Positions 46,985 through 57,473 of a DNA stretch of 64,000 nucleotides are shown piece after piece (position 1 is the first letter of the stretch; each line of letters opens with the position of its first letter). Under the pieces are notes generated by a model. It did not search any database. It worked only from the letters and a program-made list of their open reading frames with translations, and was not told the origin of the DNA. This stretch comes from Entomortierella parvispora E1425 (Eukaryota; Fungi; Mortierellomycota), in contig BQFW01000012.1 in NCBI GenBank assembly GCA_020891255.1, positions 868,001-932,000 on the forward strand. The letters run 5' to 3'. The translations under genes were made by a program, and so were the position numbers.

Positions 46985-47555
46985 GGGACGTAGAAGGAAG
47001 GAAGGCAGGCAGGAAGGAAGGACAGAAAAGGGAGGGGTCGTCAAGCGGATGGATGTCGAGAAGGAAGAGCGAGTGAAGAATGAATGAATGAGAATGAATG
47101 AATGAAGAGGGAGTGAATAAGAATGAATGAAAGAAAGAAGAGAGGAAGAAAGTAGAAACAGAACGGGAGAACATAGACAGACAGACAGATAGACAGACAG
47201 ACATGCAGCCAGCTGCAAGGAAGGCAGGAACGAAGCAACGACGGAAGGACAAGGACACACAGATAGATCCCACCACCACCACCACAGAGACCATCACATC
47301 CTAATCATATCATGAAATAATAATCATAATCATCATAATCCATAATCATGGCCAAGACAACAGAGCGAGACAAAAGGGGTCTGTGTCAAGAGACACAAAG
47401 GCATCTGAACTGTAACCCTAAAGGCGACTGAATCGACTGAATAGCGCAAGATTTACTCTTTACTCCGAGCGATTGATTCGCATTTATTCGTGGAGAAAAC
47501 TGGCCTGCTGTCTTGTCCCAATGACGGTCTGTCTGTCTGTCTGTCTGTCTGTCTG
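46985..47555. repeat. Microsatellite cluster upstream of the cyclin gene ((GAAG/GCAG)n, (GAAT)n, (GACA)n, (CAC)n, (ATC)n-like, (GTCT)7)
   Basis: Direct reading, e.g. (GTCT)7 at 47527-47555 and (GACA)n at about 47175-47200. Confidence 0.85.
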
Positions 47556-50500
47556 GAACAGGTCCGCCCGACGCAGACGATCAGATCATCCACGTCTTAT
47601 TGTTCCTCCTCTCACTGCAAGAATGAAACCGGGCCCCCCCTCTCCCTTTTCCCTTCCCTAATTCTTGCAATTGTCATTGGAACAAAGAGAACAGTCAAAG
47701 GGTTTTCCTCTGGGCACAGTATTCTGATGTACAGCATTGTGTTGTTGTGCAGTCAACACTTATCCTACACCGCCAATATCGCCTACTGCGCTGGCCTGGG
47801 ACTTTTGTCCTTGACAAAGCAAAAAGGGGACGAGGGGAGGGGGGCGATGGGGTTGAGGGAGAGAGGGAGAGAGGAGAGGGGGTCGATCGATCGACTTGTC
47901 TGACCGTAAAGTGGCTCCTCCTGTGGTAGGGCGGGGCGTGGAGGGAGGACGACAAGTGGGTGGGGCACAGAAATGTAGCCGAGGCCTCGTAGATGCAGGT
48001 AGACCGCCATTCAAGGTTCGCAATGTATTGCTGGAAAATAATCTCCGTTCCATGCGCTCAAAAAAAAAAGTTGGTCTGGTCACCCTCACTTTGCCATGCG
48101 AGCGCATGCGAACAGACAGGCGCGATCGTGTTTCCTTTCTTTTGCCTCTCCTTGCTTTGACTCTTTTGAATACCGAATGTTGTTCTTGTCCAACTTGTCT
48201 GTTGATGCTCCTTCTTTTGTCATTTGAGGCTTCCATCTCCCCACCCCTCCTCATTCGTGTGCAGGTGCTTCCTCGCAGCAGGACTGCGATTGCGGGCAGG
48301 GCACCTGCTGGAGATTTGCCTGATCCTGTTCCAAGAATCAGCCTAGGTTTGGCATAAAAGAAATAAAGGAGACAGGCGGGCAGTGATACACGTAGGGCTG
48401 TGTTTGGATTCTATTCCAGGTGGTTCAATGACTGGCTGGGTTGATTTATGACCGATAGCGTGGACCCTTCTCAGATGGAGTCGTTGGTACAAATTTATGT
48501 CATGTTCTTGCCCGACTCCGTAAAACATGAGGAACTTAATCCAACCCCCACTCTGTGATGCCATTAAGTTACTGTATTTATTTTGCTTGGGCGCGCTTGA
48601 GAAACTATTATTGAATGGCGTGTGCGGGTGTGGAAGCAACCCACCGCTGTAGCGGTGTGACAAACAAAAGGAAAACTTAGTCAACAAGGGCAAACGCGAT
48701 CGGATATTGGGCAGTTGTTGGTGGGATGAACAGGATGGCTCTCTTGTCCCAAGTGGGAGAGCAAAAACCGTGTGGTGTCCATCTTTCTTACTCGCTATTG
48801 CCTGCTGTTGCCGACCATTGTTGATGACATTGGCTCAAGATGCTCTGTGATAACAAGCTCATGCTCCGGTCCATCCGTTCTTGACTTCTCTATTCTGCAA
48901 ACCTAGCAAGAAAGAATGAGCGTAAGCAGGGGGTCTGGACAAACAAACCAAAAAAAAAAAAAAAAAAAAAAAAAAGAGGGCGGGAAGAACACAAATAACA
49001 TTTTTTTGGACCTATCCGGTCCCCCAATGCGTGTGCCTGCAGCTCCTGGCGTAGCTACATGACATCTTTCATCATCAGAGATACTATTGTGGGGGGCGAG
49101 TGACCACAAACGAGTGGGATTGACAGGGAAAGACCTGCACCTCGCCATTGGTCAACTCGTCACCAGAAATGACCATTTTGACAACTGCTGCTGCTGTCAT
49201 AAACATTTTTCCGCACTAAAAGACGCTGGCGACTGACCCCAAAAGAATGACGGTGGTAGTGAGAGAGGAATGCAATGCGCCCCTCCATCAACAACACAAC
49301 ATATGGATTGGTCGACCTTTCAGGCGGTGTAAATGATTCTCAAGCAATCCGCGAGCAACCAGTGAGGGCTGCAGCTGCGAAAAGAGAAGGGGCGCTTTGT
49401 TTTCGTTGTTGTGTGCTTTGTTTGTTTGGGCAAGGAAAATAAAGGTTCATTATTTTCTCTCCGGACGATGATGGCCGCGCACAATTGCCGCCTAATAATG
49501 ATCTGCTCTACGGCACGCTTTGTGGGCCAAGTCTAGCTTTAAAAATGCTCAGTTGGTCTTCAGCTTTTTGCGGGATGGATGCAAACAAAAAAAAAAAAAT
49601 TTGAACCCGACACTCGTGCAGTTCTCGTCTTGATGTAGCCCTGCATGCAGATTGGGAAGATGGGTAAGAGAGCCACGGTAGATACAATTGTACCGGCGAC
49701 ATGCACGTTGTCCAGCGTCCCTAATCCACAGCGGGTGATCTCACCTTTTCCTTTTCCCATTTTTTTTTGTATCGCAGAGATACATTGTCTGCTCCTTGGT
49801 TTGATCGCGATAGCTGCAGTGGTAGCAAAAGGGGGCTGTGAGCCTGTGACCCGTGTAAAGAATGAGTCGTTCTGCCACTCCCTTTCGACCGACATCATGG
49901 ATTTGACTAGACAACCCCATTGTTCAAATCACCACATCAACAACAACAAAAAACGTGGGATCACAATGAAAAGGAGGGGAACGAAAGACAAACAAACCAC
50001 GGTGCATGCAGGGCCACTTCCCGCATAGAAATCAGTCATCATCATTTACCGTGCGGTGGTTCGCTTTGCAGCCAAGTGGATCGATTGCCCTTGCCCTTCC
50101 TTCCTTCAGTGATAACAAGGGGAAGCTCCTGTCTCCTTGGATGGACTTGTTTTTGTTCTGGATGATTCATCCCACCCGAGAGACAATTCCTCCCTACACA
50201 AGTCCGACTGATTTGAATGTAGGTCTTCATTATCAAAGGGGGTAAAGGTGAGGGACAATATCTAAGCGGAGCAAAGATCAACCGCCTTTACCAGGGTCAC
50301 CTTCCTTGACAACGAAACTGCAGAAGCCTCTTGAAAAAGAAACGCCGCGTCTGTCCCCATTGAGGTCTAGGATCATCTACAGGAACATTTTTAGAATTTG
50401 ATTTGAGACGGACTTTTGATTTTTTTTTTCCAAACCTTCAACGTGGCGCTCCAAGATGGACAAACCAAAGACCAGTGGCCAGACTCTTTCGCCTTTCTGA

Positions 50501-50845
50501 GTTACTAAAAAACATGGATCTTTTTTTGTACGACTGTCAGGGGCTGCGCTGGAAGAAAAATAGAACGATTGGGCTTGGTCAAGCCAACACTAGGCTTTTT
50601 GTCAAGGTGTCTTTCATTTCGGCAAAGAGTCGACGGATTGATAAGTGGAGGCTGTGGTCTAGCCTGTTCCCACCACAATGGCGCCAATTACGCATCCGCC
50701 GACCATGACCCAGAGTAGAGAAGCATAGGAAAGAGAGAAACAAGATCCAAGACCCAACCGAAGTGGCCCTCTCCACTCCTCAGTTTCAGCGATCGAATCC
50801 ATACTGTCCTCTCTTGACTATTTTTTCTTGACTGTGGACACGACC

Positions 50846-52662
50846 ATGTCTAGTTGACTTCGGCGGTGTCAGACTTTCGTACAGGTGGAAAAAGGGTTGA
50901 CTGTCCATTCCTTGGCCCCTGAAAGAGAATGTACAGTACTGGTGTTATTCGAATGGTTGCTGAAGGAGAGTGGGTTATCTTCCTCAATTTCTGAAATACC
51001 CTCAACCTCTAAACTACGCCCAACTTCGCTGTATCCCTCAATGACCGTCTCGAATATTACTGAGGACCATGAACAAGACATTCCTCAGAGACGCCCCCAA
51101 GTACAAGCAGGGAAGGATGGTGGAGGAGGCATCTTTGCGGGACTTTTTCTTCTTAGACGGTCACTGGGTAGCCAACTGCTGATTGCCCTTTGCTTCGTCT
51201 CCGTTTTGACGGGCCTCCACATACTCATTGAGCGCTATGAACTAAGAAAGGCGGCTGAACTGGCCTCTCGCCAATCAGCGGCCAAAATGTATCCACTCTC
51301 GACATACGGAAGAGCTCATGAGAAAACAATCCAGGATAACCTGGCACCACTTGTTTCATACACAGCCGCGGTAGATGTGACTGACGTGGACTATACATTG
51401 TTGGAGGATGGAGACCATAGCCAAACGTCTAACAGAGGAGGGTCTCAAAAGGTTGTACAGGTGGATATTATTGAAAAGCTGCCGGTCTACACAGATAGTG
51501 GCTCATCCGGAGAACCTCTCAATGATCTTAAGACAAGTCCTTAACAAAAACTAGATCCTGAAATGGAAAAGAAGCTTGCTTCACCATCACTGCCACCAAA
51601 AATATTTGACTGCATCATGTTCAACGATGAACTGGATGATCTCGAGCTACGATTGCAGGAGCTGGAGAAATACGTTGATACACAACCTTTTCCGGCAAGT
51701 CCAAGCCTTTGCATTTTCGAGAAAATCGAGCTCGATTCCAACGGTTTCTGGAAAGGATTGTTCATATTGTGGTACCAGGACCTCAGAAACCAACATCGCC
51801 ATCATCAATTGAAGACTCTGACGACATGGAAGAATCTCAACCACACCACAACCACAACCACAACCACAACAGGGGGATATTGCGCAAATGCAAGCGCAAA
51901 AGCTGTCACCAGCAGAAGGCTCAGATTGGAAGAGGTACGTGGGTGGTCTTCGCTGACCTGGATGAGATCCCAAAACCCAAGACACTCCAGGCATTTAGGA
52001 CCCGGGACCCGGTACGGACTCTGGGTATAGCAGAACTCCCATCGGATAGCCCCTTCTTCCTGATTCACCTACTATGTGACTCATACCGCTACTCATACGA
52101 GTTTGAGGCTGCAGGTAAACAACAGGGGACAGGGCCCGTGATGATACGGTTCATGGAGCACTCGACTGTGGCTAAAGAGCGCGCTCGACAAGTGGAGTTA
52201 CATTCTGCACTTCAGGATCCTTTGCTAGATCTCTTGTTTGAGCTCTCTGAGAATGATTGGAGGATTGCGGGGGGGAAATTCCGGGAAGTGGCAGGAACCG
52301 ACTTCAGGGACAAGATGGTCAGTCTACCAAAATCTTGCTGGCATTGCAGCTGGTGCTTTTCAACAATGGAACAAATTAGAACAAGGCTTGACGCCTACTC
52401 TAGCACGGATCTTGCCGAGAAGGAGTTCAGGACCAAGAATTGGATCTTGGACAGGGTTAGGAGCGGGAAGGACCTCATGGATGGGTCTCATTTCCAATAC
52501 GAGTATGTGACCAACAACACAGACGTGCCAAACACGTTGGTTTTAAACAAAGGCAAATATAGCTTCATGCTGGCAAGGAAGGACAAGGAGGATGCTGGAT
52601 TTCTAGACGCGTTGACATATTCGGATGCTGCTGTTGAATATGGTCCTCAGCTCCCTTCATAA
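50846..52662 (+). pseudogene. Glycosyltransferase family 17 (MGAT3/GnT-III-like) probable pseudogene
   Basis: Type II TM anchor, KIFDCIMFNDELDDLELRLQEL, FADLDEIP and WHCSWCF. In-frame TGA at 50855, TAA at 51542, and a frameshifting deletion at about 51680 removing the conserved FVIVES strand. Confidence 0.75.
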
Positions 52663-52870
52663 AAATAAATGATGAGTGTTCGTTTTTTCTTCACACTTTC
52701 CTTTGACAAGTCGCTATAAAGCCCTGTCTATCCGCCACCACGAAGTAAATCGTAATAAAGCGATCGAGGTGGATCCTTCACTGCCCCCGTTTGAGGCAAA
52801 CAAACACCCGCCACGTCCTATGATGGGTTTATAGGGTTTATTTGACCATCTTCATCGGCTGAATGAATCT

Positions 52871-53245
52871 GTGCAAGAGCTGCCCATGCACGAGATCGCA
52901 GCGGTGGTGGACATCTATGACGACCTTGTTGATACCATGAGTATTCTCAAAGTGCTCGGAAGATACCTGTTTGACAAAAGTCTGGTTTGTGAGGCTGCTG
53001 TTCGCCCGATGGTTTTATTTATCGATTCCGTGCTCGAGGTCGCAACCAAAATCGTGCCTTGCTCACTTGACATAGACTATCTGTTGCCAACCTCACAAAT
53101 GCAGAAGTCTTTGATCATCTTGCGGGTGTACGAAAATTGTTCACACTCGCGCCTACACCTGTACCCTGAACCTACAAAGGCAGAAAGCGGCCTACTTGCC
53201 TCTTCATTTTGCCACCGTCTCAGCTCTCTAGGCTTTATTACTTAG
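52871..53245 (+). other. Unassigned ORF, possible small gene or gene relic
   Basis: 124-codon open frame with helical protein-like composition. Upstream CTATAAAG at about 52714. No family recognised. Confidence 0.25.
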
Positions 53246-53898
53246 TGCAAGCCATCCTCATCTCCCACCGCTGTCCGATATTATTTTCAAAACTACAGCG
53301 AAACTTTTTGATTTCAAATAATATTACGTATTAAACCCATCATCGTTCGAGCAATCAGACATCGTTTTATTCCACCATGTTGTCTCCGCAATGGTTTAGG
53401 CGAAGCGGTCTTTTGGTGTAAGGGCAGCGGTCTGATTGAGATCTCAGAGCAAAAGGCCATGAATGATGATTATGTCTCTGCGTACCTGTCACACACCAAC
53501 AACCACGTTGTGAGGTTTGAATTGTGATGACCCGTGGCGGGCTCCGATTCCTTGAATGCGAAGATAATAATATCTGAAGCGAGAAGTAACCTGTCTATGA
53601 CAGTATTGACCGATAGACAATCAAAAGTCTACTCTTGTACATGTCCAATAAATTGATATGTGTATTTGCGAGTTCGGTGCTTTTGGATTATCACTGGCAA
53701 AGCTGCAGAGAGAGAGACCTACACGCGTTGCAGGGTCGACCATAGGCTGTGTCATGACAGAATCTTGACTTCCAAGCCTTGATTGGGATAGAAAGCACGC
53801 GCAACATGGAACATAATACGAACACAACACGAACGTTATGGGTATAGAAGGTGCTCCACCCCACGGATGCTTTTATGTTACATTGCACTGGCTTGTAT

Positions 53899-54414
53899 TC
53901 ATTGGATCTTGCTTGAAATCAACTGCACGATGTCGCGCAGGGTTCTGACTTTGTCGGCCTCTTCCACGGGGATGTCAATGGTCCATTGAGGCTGCAAATC
54001 CCGTTCGACCTTGTCCATGATCTGGTACATCTTGAAGACATCCATCTTGAGATCTTGAATCAAATGTGTGTCAAGGGTGAGGGCATTCGACTGATCTTCA
54101 TCACTCGATGGCGCAGGACGCTCAAGCAGGTCGTAGACGGCGTTAAAGACGAGGTCCTGGACAAGGGGGTTTAACGAGGCGTCTTTGTCCTCGTTATCGC
54201 TGTTGCCGCTGCTGCTGGCCGTGAACACTGTGCCGTTACTGGAGAAAAGCGAGCTAGCGGACGACGAGAAGTAGGAAGAAGAGGGGGCACGGCACATGAC
54301 CATAGCAGGTGTTCGTGCTCTGGATGCAGACAAAGAGGCCAGCATAGCGCGCGTTGATCCTGCGGTGCGGCAGACAATCGAGATGTTGCGAGAAGCGGCG
54401 CGAATTATGCTCAT
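53899..54414 (-). CDS. Mitochondrial acyl-carrier-protein-like protein lacking the phosphopantetheine serine
   Basis: Arg/Ser-rich presequence. C-terminal ACP fold LTLDTHLIQDLKMDVFKMYQIMDKVE...IDIPVEEADKVRTLRDIVQLI, where canonical DSLD reads DVFK. Confidence 0.8.
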   Translation of the reverse strand: MSIIRAASRNISIVCRTAGSTRAMLASLSASRARTPAMVMCRAPSSSYFSSSASSLFSSNGTVFTASSSGNSDNEDKDASLNPLVQDLVFNAVYDLLERPAPSSDEDQSNALTLDTHLIQDLKMDVFKMYQIMDKVERDLQPQWTIDIPVEEADKVRTLRDIVQLISSKIQ

Positions 54415-54611
54415 GATCAGGAATGGGGAGATCTGGATGAGAATGGGGACAGGGGATGAGGTGCAGAAGAGAGATTCGATCGTGGGAAGAAAAGCACACG
54501 CAGGCACAAAAGCACCGAGCAGACAGGCTCTTGGAAACGCCACCAAAGGTCAGAAATGAAGTTGGCTCTGTTTTTTTTATTTGAATCAGCCGCTGGTATC
54601 GTGCAGCATGT

Positions 54612-55963
54612 TCAGTACTTGACGGGGGCAATGCTGATGGAAGGTGAGACGCCCTTGTTGAACACGCAATAGTTGTTCTTGATAAACATATCGCCCAGGA
54701 TCCAGAGGCCATCCTGGCCACCTTGCACACCCGAGAAGCAGGTCTTGCTTCCTTCAGTGAGTGGGCTCCAAGCTAGATCCGCCAAAGGAACCTGAAAATC
54801 ATTTCCTCCCAACTTGAACGAGATGTTGCCCTTGGACGAGGCAAGAGAGCAAGGGACGGTCCAGCCGCCCGCACTTTCGTTCATTGTGGCACCCTCGATT
54901 TTGCTGTGCACTGCAGCAGCAGCAGTGTCACCGAGGACCAACAAAGTCGTGCCAGTATCCAGAATACCTTGCGAGGTCTGACCCAAGGACGTGCCATTGA
55001 AGGAAAGGCCCTCAACGGTAACTTGCCAGTATCCCTCCAGGGTGACAGGGACAGTGGTCAAGTTACCAGTATAGCGGGTCTGATCAATTGCTCCAAAAAG
55101 GTAGCTGCCGTCTTTACCACCGTTAACGAGGTCAGAGGGGAGGAAAACAGAGACCACCGGTAAAGCTAGCTGTTTGGCAGCAATAGCATTGTCCATGAAG
55201 GTGCTGACGCCCTGGACAGATTCAATTGTGCTGAATCCCAGACCGAACAGTCCATCTTGGGGTGCCTGAGCAAATTGTGTAGACTCGTTGGTGGCAAGAC
55301 CGAGGGTTTGGCGGACCTTGATGTCTCCAATAGCGACCATGTCGCTGCCAAGGACGCCGCTGGCTGTCGAGCCATCGCCATACGTAATGTTCCATTGGCG
55401 ACCGTCCTTCTTGAAGGTTGAGGACTTGCTTGCGTTGAAACGATTATGGGCCTTGCAGGCGGCAGTATTGCAAGTGGAGGTAGGGAACCAAATATCGGAA
55501 GAGCCTGTGTCAAAATCCATGAGGAAGGTCTGCCCTGGTGTTCCAACTTCTATAGCACCATAGTACTGTTGCACAGACGGCAAGTTGCAAAGAAAGAGAT
55601 AATGAGAAAAAGTGAGTTCTCTTGTAATATCAGCAAACCGGACAAAGGGATCTTGCCCCTCATTCAACTTTATGCAATCAATTGAAACAGTTAGCTTCGT
55701 ACCTCTGAATCGGAACCGGCGTCGGTAATGGGAACGTCTCCCGTAGCAGCGACAGGGCTTGCAGCAGCGACAGGGCTTGCCGTGGTTGCTTCCATGAGGT
55801 TCAACTGAGGATAACGATGAGAGATCTTTGCCATCTGGGCCCTGAAATTTTTTTTGTGATGAGGGTTTCGGACAATGGGAACTGCGTGTCCTTGTGGATT
55901 AGCAGCCTCGACGAAGGCCAAGGACGCAATCGTCAAGGCAACAATGGCTGTTGTAAACTTCAT
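54612..55963 (-). CDS. Secreted A1-family aspartic protease (rhizopuspepsin-like); exons 55963-55703 and 55565-54612
   Basis: Signal peptide, pro-segment, YYGAIEVGTP, both catalytic DTG motifs (DFDTGSSD, ILDTGTT), ITYGDGS flap and ILGDMFI. Confidence 0.96.
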
Positions 55964-56662
55964 ATGTGTGGAGGAGTGCAGGTGGAGGCGAGAGAGAGAG
56001 GAGATTGCTTGTAGTGGAAAGGAGAGGAGGACAGTTATACAAAAAAAAAAAAAAATATGGAGGACAGTTATATAGACAAAAAAAAAAATATGCATAATAC
56101 CTGCAGATCGATGTGACGAATAGGGTGAACTGGGCTGTGTGGACTTTTTTTTTTTCCGTTTTGGTCGCCTTGTGTGGCATGAACGAATGTTCCACCTAAA
56201 TTCGTAAGTTTGGAAAATGAAATGGATTTCTGGTCATGACGACTAAACCTGGGGATGCCCCTGCTTTTCCTATTGGGGGTCAAACCACGGACCTATCGCG
56301 AGAGTGTGGCAGAGTCCAATGGCAGGTGTTTCTGGTTTTGCCACGATATCCCCAATAAATGCAAAGTGTAGTTCAACGTGGTTCATGGAAGTGGAAGGAC
56401 AGTCTACCTTGCATTTTGAATCAATTTTCTCTTTGCACATAAAGCCCTCGTTGTGGCTCTGCAAGATCCGACTATGCAGAGAAGAGAGCACCTTCGTCTC
56501 TGGGAGCAAGAAACTGCAAACGTGCAACTCAGCCAGCAATTGCGCGATCAGCGCCTCGATTCGTGACTGCCCTCGACGATAGAAGCTCTTGTTGGGGGTC
56601 ATGTCGCTCTTTCTGCGTTCTTCGTTCCCTTCAATTCTCCTCTCCTCTTCATTCTAATCACT

Positions 56663-57429
56663 ATGACCGAGATTGCCACATTTGCCGCTGGATGCTTCTG
56701 GTAAGGGCAGCAGGACACATGCTGTGACATTGTCTGTCAGCCAAATGCTACTGTGTTTGTTTGTCAAATGTACCAAAGTTTGTTTGTTAGGAGAAAAAAA
56801 ATCTCCGCAGTCCGTTCTGGAGCAAAGCTGACGCAGCTCTTCCTTTCGTTGTTACTAGGGGCGTCGAAAAAGCCTTCCAAAGGTTTTACAAGGGCGAAAA
56901 CTTTGAGACCGCTGTTGGATACACTGGTGGTTCCGACTCTTCTCCTGACTACAAAAAGGTAAATAATATAATGATAATGAGCTCTACGAACGCGAAAAAA
57001 AAACAAAGAAAAAAAAAAAGACAAGTTGACTGTTTTCTTGCCTAACATTGTTCCTTCCTCGATTAGGTCTGTACCGGATCAACTAAGCACGCGGAGGCTC
57101 TCCAAATTCGCTATACTCCTAATGAAAAGATCAACTACCCTGCCCTAGTTGAGTTTTTCTACAGAATGCACGACCCCACAACCCTGAACTCCCAAGGGCC
57201 TGATGTTGGGACTCAGTACCGATCCGTCATCTTTACTCACGGCGCTGAGCAGGAGCGCATCGCCAAGCAAGTCACTGCTGAGGTCCAGGAGAAGCATTAC
57301 AAAGGAAAGACAATTGTCACCGAGATCGTACCAGCCGGCGAGTGGTTCGATGCAGAGGAGTACCACCAAAAGTACTTGGACAAGAACCCAGAGGGGTATG
57401 AGTGCCCCTCACACTTCTTGAGGTGGTAG
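56663..57429 (+). CDS. msrA: Peptide methionine sulfoxide reductase A; exons 56663-56700, 56859-56958, 57067-57429
   Basis: GCFWG across intron 1, VGYTGG, VCTG, QGPDVGTQYRS and AEEYHQKYLDKNPEGYEC. Confidence 0.96.
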
Positions 57430-57473
57430 TACCACTGACGTGTGTCGTTTTATTATTTATAAAAATTCATTGT

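Noticed and set aside
48343-48564. 73-codon ATG ORF upstream of the cyclin
   Set aside because: No family match or codon-bias support by eye. At most a uORF candidate.
56270-56602. 110-aa minus-strand ORF between the protease and MsrA genes
   Set aside because: Starts only 60 bp from the MsrA ATG and occupies the shared promoter, with no recognisable motif. Cannot be fully excluded.
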